A stretch of 64,000 bases of DNA, taken from Nitrosopumilaceae archaeon. GTDB lineage: Archaea; Thermoproteota; Nitrososphaeria; Nitrososphaerales; Nitrosopumilaceae. Made by a program: the position numbers and the translations under genes. Positions 1 to 12,079 of this stretch are shown here, one piece after another (the first letter of the stretch is position 1; the number at the start of each line of letters is the position of its first letter). A model generated the notes under the pieces. That model ran no database searches and was not told where the DNA came from. It worked only from the letters and a program-made list of their open reading frames with translations. The DNA is taken from NCBI GenBank assembly GCA_965207375.1, contig CBDBMG010000002.1, positions 256,001 through 320,000 on the forward strand. Reading direction: 5' to 3'.

Positions 1-1317
1 CAAAAACATGCCCTAAATACTGCACAGTTGACATTCCAATGTGACATTTCTCACCCCTCAAGGTTAGCCCAGCATCCAACAAACGTTTAAACACTATATC
101 AAGGTGTTCCCTATGAGTGTCTATATTCTTAGAATGGACTAAGATATCATCTAAGTAAATTGTCACAAATGAGAGACCCTGAAGAGTTTTATCCATCAGG
201 CGTTGGAATGAACTGGGGGCACCTGCCAATCCAAATGGCATTCTGTAAAACTCATAAAGCCCCATGCCAGGCCCTGGACAGAAAGCAGTCTTTTCCCTGT
301 CTGTAGGATTGACAGGTAGCTGCCAGTACCCACTATGAAGATCAAGTGTTGAGAAAACTGTTGATCCCGCAAGCTGGCCCTGCACTTCATCAGGGGGAGG
401 TAAGGGGTATGAGTCTTTGGTCGAACGTTTATTTAGCTCCCTGTAGTCTATACATATTCGTAACTGCCCTGACTTTTTGGGTACGAACACTGCCGGTGCC
501 ATCCATGGACTTTTACTGTGTCTAATAATGCCTTCATCTAACATTGTTTGAACTTGTTGACATACTTCAGCACGGTAATGAGCTGGGATGCGTCTAGGTG
601 GCACCTTCACTGGGTTACCTACTGTGGGAATGTAATGCAATGCATCCTCTGTATATCCAGGCTTGGTACAGAATAACCCATGATACTTCTCCATGACACA
701 GTAAAGGCCGGGATTAGTGCACGCAGGTAGCTCTGACTTCAGTGGGGCCTTGTAATTTGGGACAGCGCAATCATCAACAATGTCAACCTCAGGTTCTTGA
801 TTAACAGAAATGTTGCATGCTTGGAAAAACTTTTTCTGTGTTGCTTCATATATTGGGACAACTTGAGCTATGGCCATACTATTCTCTGTCAAAGAAGTTA
901 CCTTAGGGTGTCTTTTACTCACTGCCACTGGATTTTGTGTAAAGTCTAACATGAGCCCATTTCCTTGCAAAAAGTCAATTCCCAAAATCACAGGGGCCAC
1001 AAGGGTCTTAACTACAACAAATTCATGTAAAACATGTAACTCACCCAACTGTACTGAAGCCTTTACATGTTGTAGAATAGGTAGCTGATCTCCAGAAGCT
1101 GTCACCGATTGAATTGGTCTCCCTGCTGTCACTTGAACTATATTTTGAGCACCTCTCAGCACATCACACTGTACCAACGAGACTGACGACCCAGAATCCA
1201 GCATTAATTCTACTCCCACTCCTCCCAATGATCCTTTGATGATTGTTGCTGTGGATTTAACAACTGCTACTGTTATAATTGCATTGTCATTTTGCAGGTT
1301 CAGGTTCCTTGCAGGGC
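1..1317 (-). pseudogene. pol: Gypsy pol remnant: aspartic protease + reverse transcriptase
   Basis: Manual minus-strand translation gives VELMLDSGSSVSLV (~1175-1215), WMAPAVFVPKKSGQLRICIDYRELNKRSTKDSYPLP (~400-505) and FVTIYLDDILVHS (~132-170). Frame is broken. Confidence 0.9.
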
Positions 1318-2116
1318 TTACTGGTAGGGACACCTGTTGCCCTGTACAGGTGCCCCGTTGTCATTTCCCTGATGCCAACAGTCTTTTGAAAGATGTTCTA
1401 GTCTGCCACAATTGAAACATTTACGATTACGGCAGTCACGTTGCAGATGTCCCACTTGATTACAATGAAAACAACGTGGACGACCCCTGGATAGTCGCAC
1501 ACCTCTGGACTGGTTTGTTGACAAGACAGCTACTTGTTCGGAAAGTACAGCTACTTGTTCTCTCAAAAGTTTTACTTCATCTGACTTCTGTGTTAAGGCA
1601 TCTGGTTTCGTAAGAGCACCTACCGAGTCCGAGTCAATGGTCATTAACAATCTCGCGCGTGTTATCGCCGCATCCAACGTAGTTACTTCTCCTGATGCTC
1701 GTAACTGCTTTGCGATCAACTCGGGAATTCCCGCCAAAAACTGGTGGTACAAAAGTGGTTCCTTCGCTGCCTGCTCCAAATCCGGTAGCAAATGATTAAG
1801 CGAGGTCGTGTACGTACAACGATATAGCCTCGCCTGGTCGAAGCTTCCTGCAGTGAAAATCATCCAACGAAACAAAGTTCATAGGCATTATGGCTTTTTC
1901 CATCGCTTTCTTAGCTTCGACATAGTCTTCTTGCTGTGCATTTGTAAGTTCTAACCAAACCGCAAGGGCTTCTCCTTCAAGTAGCGTGGGTAGCTTCTTT
2001 GCTTTCGTTCCCGCCTCCCATCCATTAGCTTGCATGCAAATTTCAAACTGCTGGAACCATTCTTTCACATCTCCACTTGAAAACAGCTTGGGTAGACTAA
2101 TATGACGCTCAACCAT
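1318..2116 (-). pseudogene. gag: Gypsy gag, frameshifted near 1800
   Basis: ORFs 2116..1796 (W...FE....ANGW...LPTLLEGEAL) and 1875..1318 with two CX2CX4HX4C knuckles (CFHCNQVGHLQRDC, CFNCGRLEHLSKDC). Confidence 0.88.
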
Positions 2117-2128
2117 CCTCTGCTACCA
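2111..2128 (-). promoter_or_regulatory. Primer-binding site for initiator tRNA-Met
   Basis: Minus strand TGGTAGCAGAGGATGGTT is complementary to the 3' 18 nt of metazoan tRNA-iMet (AACCAUCCUCUGCUACCA); it lies 1 nt after an LTR-type CA end. Confidence 0.9.
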
Positions 2129-2278
2129 GTGTAGTCGCTGTTCAACTGAACAGGTGTTCACACAATATTATCTTTCAATTACAATGCACCAATCTAATTA
2201 GGATGCACTATATCAATTATTACAAAAACTACACAATGATCGTAATAATTATTGTTAGTTAGCACTACATACTGACAA

Positions 2279-2481
2279 TACCTTATAGCATAAAATTTTG
2301 ACAAGCTAAAAATTTGACGAATTGTCTGAAATTTGCTTTTGGCAAAAAATATTGACGAAAATGTTATTTCAAGTCCCAATTTGTTATTGTTGGTGAACAA
2401 TTGGCAAAATAATGACGAATGGATAAACAATCGCCAAATTCATCAATATTTTTTGCTGTCAAAATTTTATGCTAGATGGTA
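2279..2481. mobile_element. MITE with ~24-bp TIRs
   Basis: taccttatagcataaaattttgac ... gtcaaaattttatgctagatggta. Confidence 0.75.
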
Positions 2482-2644
2482 GTACTACAATACTGAGTAA
2501 TTACATTACATGTAAACTTTATTTTATACTCTACCTCTACCATACATAGGGAATCTGAGCAATTTTGGTTTTGGTAAATGCCAGAATAAACTTGATCTTG
2601 TACTGACATGCATCCAAATGATTTTCAGTCCTGTGTCTGTGTAT

Positions 2645-2714
2645 CTCTCTCTCTCTGTGTGTGTGTGTGCGTGCATGCGTGCGTGCGTGCGTGCGTGGGT
2701 GTGTGTGTATGTGT
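2645..2714. repeat. Compound microsatellite (TC)n(TG)n(GCGT)n
   Basis: Seen directly. Confidence 0.9.
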
Positions 2715-3025
2715 CAGAACCGTAGCTGTTTAATTGTTTAAATTTCGGCTCTGATGCCAGTTCTGGACAACGGTTGCATATAGATTTTCACATTCACGAT
2801 TAAATTATTTGTAACTAGCAAGTGTGCCTGCCCTATCGTGAAGGTGTAGCTGCATAGTTAAAGCATGACACTGAGGTACTCTTAGACTACAAATTATGGG
2901 ACTATATAATCCGCTACACATAATATCCATACCATCTGTAGTACATACTTTATACCTATAGTCTCCTGTACATCTACTCTTGTGTATAACTGACTTTGCA
3001 ACAAGTTGATGTTCTACCATCTACG

Positions 3026-3620
<595 letters not shown>

Positions 3621-3757
3621 ATCCCTCACATCCGATTTTATGAATTTACTGGACCGTAACTAAATTTCAAGGGCTGAATTGGAGAAGTTTGCAGGTTAAC
3701 ACGTGTAAGTTGAAATTGGATGTGTACAAGTGGACGGTTTTTGCAAAGCTGGTCACA

Positions 3758-4293
3758 TATGTGACCGTCTCTGCGAAAACCAGCCATGTTCGCACCTGGT
3801 AGTAATTAGAGAAACACTTGTTTAAAGATTTTAAGTTGAAATTACCAGCTTTTGCTAACAGAACTGGACTCAGTAATCTATTGAATAAAATATATTGTAC
3901 CTTTGAAGTTATTCCTTGCTTGATTTCAGGCCTTTTCAGACGATTTTTTCGAAGGTGTGCGTCAATTTTAGCCCAGTGTTACGAGGAGGTGGGCGGGTAG
4001 GAGGAAGGGTGGGTGGGGTGGGGAGGGAGGAGGAAAAACCTCCCCAGGTGAAGACACAAGGTGACTAGTTGCCCACAGATGGTCCTGACCATACATCCAG
4101 GCCGAAGGGACCTCATTCTGGTCAAGGGTAGAATTCCAGGCTGATAATGCCCAATTGGTGTGCTCCACAGATGCCAATGTGTCGGTCATGGTTTTACAAG
4201 GCCTCAAATCCTCCCCTCAGAAAAGCAGACCACTTGAGTCTGGCCATAGGTGACATGGTGTTTGGCTAGCTGTTGAGTAGAGACAGTCACATA
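3758..4293. mobile_element. TATGTGAC-ended MITE, internally deleted inverted relative of 50355-50975
   Basis: Long near-identity to the reverse complement of 50430-50975; ORF-track peptides 3968..4207 and 50504..50776 are near-identical. Confidence 0.85.
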
Positions 4294-4699
4294 TATGCTA
4301 AGCATGTGTGCAGCATGTACATGCCCATCTCCCACACTAGTACCAATGCTTTTACTCGCAATTTAAACAGTAAATAGTATTTACACACTTGTACTTAATC
4401 AGCAGCTTTACTCAACAGTCATGCAGTTAAAGTTTTACCCTCAGTCTATATTTAATTTTCTCCTGAACTTATTTTCTAGAAAAATCCCTGTGTCACATAT
4501 ACGTAAGTATTTTGCTAAACCTAAACTGCACATGTTAAATTGGGCTTATACAACTTTCTTAAAGGTAAACAAACAACAATTCAAGAGTGTGTAGCAGAGA
4601 TATGTCGCATATGTGGTGAAGAGAATAGTGATAACACATTAATGGTATTGAGGTAAGCACATGAACAATAATTATAACTGGTAACCATTATAGGACAAA

Positions 4700-4976
4700 A
4701 AGTATAAATTTAAAATGGGTCTTATGGCCGGCAAGCTGGCAGGCAGTCAGGCTAAATAAGGGAAGAGGTGAAAAATTTTAAAATCCTCTACTGATCGCAT
4801 TGTTGGGAATTTCAAGGTGTTTTACGAATGTATAGTGTTATTGTAGCTATCATTGCATTTTAGTAGTTTTTTTCAGGAAAAGTATATTGTGAGGCATATT
4901 GTGGAGGCACGAAAAAGTGGGACGCCATGTTTTTTCATGTCGATCCCTACTATTAAGCACTACCGTGCTTAATGAT
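4700..4976 (+). mobile_element. 3' part of non-autonomous Helentron-like element (ATCCCTA subterminal motif + hairpin); left end approximate
   Basis: atccctact-attaagcac-tacc-gtgcttaat-gat at 4943-4976; the same terminus occurs at 6380, 8073 (minus) and 19755. Confidence 0.6.
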
Positions 4977-5049
4977 ACACAAAATTGAGATTACAAATAG
5001 CAATATAAAACACATGAACATACCATATACAACACATATAAATACTATA

Positions 5050-5454
5050 AGAACAATAAAAAATTAAATGGTGAGTAGGGATCGAAGGGATCCACTAGTA
5101 CAGTGCTACAAAAAGTAAGGAAACAAGGAATAAGATTCTGGCATGAGTGAACACTGAAAATTCTGGCAACAATGAGTGAACACTGAAGATTCTGGCAACA
5201 ATGAGTGAACACTGAAGATTCTGGCAAGAGATAATTTATAAAAGTTTAATCCCTACTTTTGGCAAATGTACTATAATGACTAATACGAGCCAAAAGTAGG
5301 GATTAAACTTTTATAAATTATCTCTTGCCAGAAATTTCAGTGTTCACTCGTGCCAGAATCTTATTCCTTGTTTCCTTACCTTTTGTAGCACTGTACTAGT
5401 GGATCCCTTCGATCCCTACTCACCATTTAAATTTTAAATTTTTTATTGTTCTAG
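5050..5454. repeat. Fold-back (long inverted repeat), arms 5050-5263 and 5289-5452, 25-nt spacer
   Basis: Arms are reverse complements apart from 3 vs 1 copies of an internal ~30-bp unit; each arm contains TAGGGAT...ATCCCTA. Confidence 0.92.
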
Positions 5455-5949
5455 TTTGTTAGCTTTTTATAGGGCATTATAAAAATCATTCAGGTGCCTA
5501 TATAGCAGGTATACAGGCGCTTACATAATTATGGCTTCCTTACAGGCACTTGTTAACGACCTGCTTGTGTGGAAAAGCAGTTGTGCAAGCAAATTACGTC
5601 CGCAGCTGGCGCAACTCAGAACATCTGGCGCTCGATACTAAGACTGGTCTGCATTTCAGTTGTATTAGTTAAAGTTATATTTTTTGGAGTCGTATGGAGT
5701 ATAGTTGTTCAAATTATATAGTTGTCAAGTAATGCAGCAGTGGATGTGGTGTAAGTTGATGCTGTGCTTTTTTGTGTAATGGGATGGCAACCACGTGTGT
5801 TTATGCTCATGCGTAATACTTAAGTATTGTAGCCTAGAATGCTGTTAAGTCGTAACACAATATTCCCTCTGACAACATCGAGGACACATGCAACATTCCA
5901 TGCATGAAGCAATTTGTAACTATAAAATGGCAGGCATGCATTATTGTAC

Positions 5950-6413
5950 CTGTTTACACCTTGTATGGAATGTTGTGGTCACGCTGAAATTGTTTACACA
6001 TTCCAATCGATAGAGAAGAAAGTAAAGAAAGGAAGTATAAAAGAAGCACCATGTGCAGTAGATAAATCGTCTTCAGAACAACGGTTTGCGTAAATGCGAC
6101 GGGATAACCTTTGCTGTGCTGAATTTCTGGAGCCGTACACCTAGCGAAACCCGGTCTTATGGCAGGCTGGCTGGCTGGCCGGCAGACGAAATCTAGATGA
6201 TTTTCGAATTTTTTAAAATTCGTTATAGATCGAAATAATGGACATTTCGCTTTGTTAAACAAATGTAGAGCATTATTATAGTTGTGCCAGTGCGTTTAAG
6301 TTGGTTTTTTCGGCTAAAGCATATTGTAAGGTGGGTTTCTAGACGTGCAAAAATTCCGGATTCCATACATTCCTTATCAATCCCTACTATTAAGTACAAC
6401 CATACTTAATGAT
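5950..6413 (+). mobile_element. Non-autonomous Helentron-like element (3' part; left end approximate)
   Basis: ggtcttatggc(aggc)n motif shared with 4718-4750; ATCCCTA + hairpin end at 6380-6413. Confidence 0.55.
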
Positions 6414-6419
6414 AACTTG

Positions 6420-7280
6420 CACTTACAAGTAAAATTATAATCACCTACACAAAAGATGTTTATACACTGTTCCAGAAAAAGCATGTGATTTTGCAATGTC
6501 ATCAGAAAGTTTATTCCACCATATAGCAGCTGCATATCGAAAAGAATGCCGTGTCCTTGAAAAGATTGCTGTTTTCTTGACAATCTGCAGCAATAAATAT
6601 TAGCAAATTTTTCCTAAGATCTGGTGGAATAACTGTTGAGTACCAAAAACAATTGGTGGATCAATGGGCATACACTGATGAGAACTGTACTGTAGGGTAT
6701 GAACAAATATGACTTTTTAGCATTCGAACATTCTTTAATTTTCAATTTCGAATGTTCGAATGTTTAACACCCACACAGTAATTGGTTATATTGTACTATT
6801 TACTATTATATGGTAACAGTTTTATAGTTAAACACCAGATAAATGACAATAATGTAGTTCCAACCAACGTGTAATGATAACTTTTTCAATCATTTGTGGG
6901 ATTAATGGCAAATTTTACATCATAATTTATGCATAATTAAGATTAATGAATGTTTAGTAGCAAAAATTCTACTGACGAATATTACTAAAATAAATGAACA
7001 TTCAAATGTTACACAACATTATTTTGTTCATGCCCTACTGTACTGTCTGTATCGCACATAGGGAACAATACTCAATTTGATGCTCAATTTGAGACTCAAC
7101 TGGCAACCATCGAAGTCTTGCTCTATGTGAAGAGATATGATTGTATTTACTCAAACCAGCAGTAATACGGACATGCCAATTTAAAAGTCGTAACCGCTAA
7201 AAGGAGCTTTTTGCTAGCACTGGACCCCAAGCTAGTAGAGGATAATTAATATGGGATAAAACTAAAGAGTCAATCAACAT
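6420..7280 (-). pseudogene. 3' end of non-LTR (CR1/L2-like) RT, split by a MITE
   Basis: LIDSLVLSHINY...AWGP, then ...HISSHRARLRWLPV, typical post-RT LINE motifs; degraded. Confidence 0.55.
6693..7037. mobile_element. hAT-type MITE with 8-bp TSD
   Basis: TIRs tagggtatgaacaaa / tttgttcatgcccta; TSD ctgtactg at 6685-6692 and 7038-7045. Confidence 0.88.
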
Positions 7281-7309
7281 CTTAATAACTGATGATGATA
7301 TACAAAAGG

Positions 7310-7704
<395 letters not shown>

Positions 7705-8039
7705 GAATACTATGGAGTCATACTACTATACGTATGTTGGTTGTTGTTTTCAATGTGACATCAATGATTGGTAAGATGTGGTGTGGTGAAGTACATTCCA
7801 CAGGTCGAGTTGTATTTTTATGCTACCTTTTGTTGCATTTGATGTTATTCAATGATTCAGCTGTTACTGAGGTTTAGTCTTGGAATACAATTGTATAAAA
7901 TATTTTACGTTATGCGCATGTGATGATAATGTACTTAAAAAGTACTGAATTAAGGTAAGAATAATTATTTTTACTAGTTTATAAGATCAAATATTGTATT
8001 GTTTGTATTTTTATACTGTGTCTATGTACCTCATTGTGT

Positions 8040-8330
8040 ATCATTGAGTATGGTAGTGCTTAATAGTAGGGATTGCTCTGAAAATATGTGGCTTCCAAAA
8101 GTGTACTCTGAAAACAACCTTTTTTAAAATCAAAATGCGAAAGGTGACTGCAGCTGTATTGGTACAACATAACAATGCTACAACTTCACTCAAATTTGCT
8201 AAATACAGCCCATATGAAAATTTAAGCCTGTAGCTAACCTGTGGCTGAAGAAAGCACCACAACCCTAAGTGCCTGAAGTGTCGGTCTGTGACTGACTGAA
8301 GTATGACTGAGTATGGGCACCATAATATGC
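8040..8330 (-). mobile_element. Non-autonomous Helentron-like 3' end (minus strand)
   Basis: 8040-8073 is the reverse complement of the ATCCCTA + hairpin terminus; (GACT)n upstream. Confidence 0.55.
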
Positions 8331-8419
8331 TTAATCCATTTCATGCCTGAGCAAAAAGTGTGCCACTGAGCAAAATTCCCTGTTCAGCCTTGTAAAAGTG
8401 TAGTTGGTTTTTAATTTAA

Positions 8420-9620
8420 TTAACCTGCGTTACGTGCTGGAATAAGCCAACTAAGGAAAGTATATCGGCTTTCTTCTTTCCCAGCCAGGTGGGTAAGATG
8501 TCTTTGATTCACACCAGCTGACCTGCGGGGAGTCTGATCTCCTTGCTTGTAGTATCCAAAAGTATTCCAGGAAGGAAATTGTGGTGGATGGCCCTTCCAC
8601 TTTTCCCAACCTAGGTCATTACACAAGTGTGTTAGAATGTCCAGGTTCTGTTGACATGTTGGCATGCGTCGGAGCTTGGTGGGTCCACCGTGAGAAATTG
8701 TTAGGGTAGTGAGTCGCAAATGAGATTCCAATTTGTTGTACTACCATGTCAGTAGGTTTGCCCGGATGTTAAACAATCATGGTGCTGAGCGGAGGTCAAA
8801 GGCAGGCAGGCAGGTGTCAATGTATACCATATTCCTCCATTTTTTGGGTGAAGTCCTCACATACCGTTTGTAGGCTTCGCTTCTCCACCTGCCAAGCATC
8901 TGAATATGGACATCAGGGATGTTTGCTTGTATGGCAGATGTAGCAGCCCTAATGCGGAAGCTATGTTTGTTGTATAGTCTTTTATCTATGTGTAGTTCAG
9001 TAAGTAGTTTGTCAACTGCGGTACCTACTAAAGATATGTCTAGTGGGCATTCTGCCATCTTGAACTAGAAACAGGGGACCTGGACGGCTGTTGCATTGTG
9101 CTAAGTATGGCAGAATTCCTCTCACCGGGCAGATTTCTTCACCTGTTCTGCCCAGGTAGATACCCACCCCTTGGCGGAAAGGGTCAGCCTTGGACTGTTC
9201 GATCCAGATTCATAGTAGTTGAGAGGAATCTTTGTTGTCAATACTCATGTCTGAGATTGATGGATGAGTAGTGTGGTCATACTGGTTTTGGGCTGGCATG
9301 GTGAACTCGCTGACCCGAGCAACAGGCAGCCCAAATTAAGATATTATCGTATGATGGTGGCTCCTGCAGTAGTAGACGCTTCATATTCTCCATTATGGAA
9401 GGAGTTATAGGTAGTGCTCAGCGGTATTGATATAAGTTATAGGCTGTTCAGCCTTGTAAAAGTGTAGTTGGTTTTTAATTTAATTAACCTGCGTTACGTG
9501 CTGGAGTAAGCTTAGGAGTTATAGGTCTGCTGTTGTATACACAATTCAGGGCTGCTGTAGAGTGAATTATTAGCCTGTTAGGCAGGATGCCCCAGGCTTG
9601 CAGTTACACTGAACCAGATG
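8420..9620 (-). mobile_element. DIRS/Ngaro retroelement remnant: tyrosine recombinase fused to an RT fragment
   Basis: YR motifs HSFRI(R)AAT and IQMLGRWRSEAYKRY, plus SKADPFRQG upstream. Followed by RT-like YIDTCLP.FDLRSAP and CQQNLDIL..LCNDLG. Confidence 0.82.
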
Positions 9621-9667
9621 TGTGTTTTGAACTTACAAGCCTGCTACAGTAAAGTCGTAAACTGTCA

Positions 9668-10047
9668 TATGCCTGTTTATATCCTTGCATGCCTGTTTAT
9701 ATCCTGCTGTACTGTTGCATATCTGTTTATATCCTGCTGTACTGTTGCATGTCTGTTTATATCCTGCTGTACTGTTACATGCCTGTTTATATCCTGCTGT
9801 ACTGTTACATGCTTGTTTATATCCTGTTGTACTGTTACATGCTTGTTTATATTCTGCTGTACTGTTGCATGCCTGTTTATATCCTGCTGTACTGTTACAT
9901 GCTTGTTTATATCCTGCTGTACTGTTACATGCCTGTTTATATCCTGCTGTACTGTTACATGCTTGTTTATATCCTGCTGTACTGTTACATGCTTGTTTAT
10001 ATTCTGCTGTACTGTTGCATGCCTGTTTATATCCTGCTGTACTGTTA
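9668..10047. repeat. 30-bp minisatellite, ~12 copies (catgcctgtttatatcctgctgtactgtt(a/g)); one more unit at ~10291
   Basis: Seen directly. Confidence 0.97.
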
Positions 10048-10290
10048 TGTATTAGTTATATCCCAGTACGAGTGAGTAATCTTAGTTATTACCCGAGTCA
10101 GAGGCGAAGCCGAGGACGAGGGTAATGACTAAGATAACTCACGAGTGTACTGGGATATAACTAACTTGTATCCTGGTGAATGCATCGATCTTTTAGTAGT
10201 TTTCATTGGCAATTCTTATACGTACATTCGTTTGGAAACAACAACTGTAAAAGTAGCCTACAACATCGCTACAACTATCCGGGATACAAA
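10048..10290. mobile_element. Hairpin-type non-autonomous element (gaggcgaagccgag loop) inserted into the minisatellite
   Basis: Imperfect palindrome 10052-10164 followed by a segment bounded by ttgtatcc...ggatacaa; the minisatellite resumes after it. Confidence 0.7.
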
Positions 10291-11129
10291 TGCCTGTTTA
10301 TATCCTGCTGTATTGTCACATGGCTGTCATTTTCTTCTTCTGTATTGGCACAAGTCGAAGTTCTCATTATCTCATCAATTTTCAGTTGAATATCCTACGT
10401 ATACATAAATGCATGCATCTTAATTATCCTGTGTCATGCTTGTGACAGGATTACTAAATACATATAAATATGTATATATGCATCCATGCATCCATGTATA
10501 CCAGATGCCAGCTATAAGAGTCATGTAGTATGTGTGATACATATATATTATAGTGATACAGTAACTTTTTTCAGCTGGTCTGTGCTGGTAGCATTTATTA
10601 TTGGCTTGTCTAACCGGGCTTTTTTCTGTCACCATCAGATTCCATTCCTCTGCTTTGGCTTGAGTGAGTATACGGGTTTGTTTTATAACAACTAACATAG
10701 TATGGCAGTCACAGTGTGTTCTAATGATGGATACAAAGATTTCTTTCCTCTAACTGAACTTCGGCACAGTTCATCTTCTGTGCATAGCTTATACATCAAA
10801 TACCGCATAAGTTAAGTTGGCTGACGTTTTTACCTGGTCAGAGCTGCTGCCAATGATGTACCTTTTACCATAATCCCTATCCCTTTTACAAGTTCAACTT
10901 TTGGTATTATTTTCACCTTCCTACTGCATTGATTGATCTTCTACAAAGGCTATTGAGATTTCAAGAAGGTGTCAACATTCCATGCAAGGTCGCAACATTG
11001 TTTATAGTGAAATATTTAATTTTACTATAATATTTATCTGGTGCTTTGTGATGCTGTATGGTATTGAGGGAACTGTGGGACTTCAATGTATTGTGTCTTG
11101 ATGTATGTATATTATAGACAGTTAGTATA

Positions 11130-12079
11130 CTAGACAGATGCTAACAGCATCGTGGGGCGAGCCTGAACACAATTTGCAGACATTTCCGAGAAATTAATCA
11201 CATGCCCAGAGTATCCAATTAGAATAAGGTTGTTGTACTTACACAAAGTTCAGGTGGCAGTGGACCAGGATCCATATTATTTGCTGCAGTATCAGCACCA
11301 CAGCGACTACATACTCCAGCCTCATTGATTTTTATCGTAGGAAAACGTTCCAGGCAAACTACACACAATGCTGCTTCTAATTTAAAAAGCTTTCATGATG
11401 AAATTGTTTCAGTTTTTGTGTGATATGAGGAGAATCAACTGAACTATTTCTTAAGTGAACGACATTGTTGTCACAACTTTGCAAAGGTATCACTTCTGTA
11501 GAATCACCATGATTTTGTGACCACCTCTGTCTTCGCTGTTGGAGTACAGCATCTCGTTGTTGGCTTGTCATTGCGGAACACCTGGTTCTTTCATATATTC
11601 TCTTCGTCTAGCCAACCTGACCTCTCTTTCTTCAGCTGTTTCTCTTAACCTTCTTGCTCTATCTCTTTCTCGTCGCCTCCTTAATCTTTCTTCTCTGTCC
11701 ATCTAGTCCTTTATGGCCTCGTAAACTATCTTATTATGAAGCGTCAGTAAACTACTTTGGTAATTCTTCGTGTGATGAACGCACGTACCAGCCTTATATG
11801 GAGCGTCAGTAAACTACTTTGGTAATTTTTCGTGTGGTGAATGCTCGTACCAGCCTTATATGGAGCATCAGTAAACTACTCTGGTAATTGTTCGCGTGAT
11901 GAACACATATCCGGAAGCATTTGTAAGTTATCTAGTTTTTAAGCCAATTTCTTAACGTAAACTTTTGTGAACGCAAGACGCTCGTACCAAGCATCCGTAG
12001 TTTCACGTAGATTTTAGTGAACGTGATGCTCGTACCATTCTTCTCGCTAGTGTGGGGCTCGCTCAGACTCGCCCCAATA
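11130..12079 (-). mobile_element. Non-autonomous Helitron (Helitron2/Helentron-type ends), internal deletion derivative
   Basis: 5' tattggggcgagtctgagcgagcccc hairpin; 3' tcaggctcgcccc + gatgct-gtt-agcatc hairpin + CTAG. Coding remnant from ATG 11702 reads MDREERLRRRRERDRARRLRETAEEREVRLARR, then CVVCLERFP and MDPGPLPPEL. Contains ~62-bp x3 repeat at 11735-11905. Confidence 0.78.

Larger units (their letters stand above)
1..2160 (-). mobile_element. Decayed Ty3/Gypsy LTR retrotransposon (5' part: LTR end, PBS, gag, protease, RT); runs off the left edge
   Basis: Order on the minus strand is LTR-end CA, PBS, gag with CCHC knuckles, protease LDSGS, RT motifs. The LTR's outer boundary was not located. 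Confidence 0.9.

Noticed and set aside
2111-2128. tRNA-Met gene
   Set aside because: Only the 3' 18 nt including CCA are present, in PBS position; no cloverleaf.
3968-4207. Conserved small protein (also 50504..50776)
   Set aside because: Similarity is explained by two copies of one MITE; non-ATG starts, no domain.
9618-10125. Three overlapping repetitive ORFs
   Set aside because: By-product of a stop-free 30-bp minisatellite.
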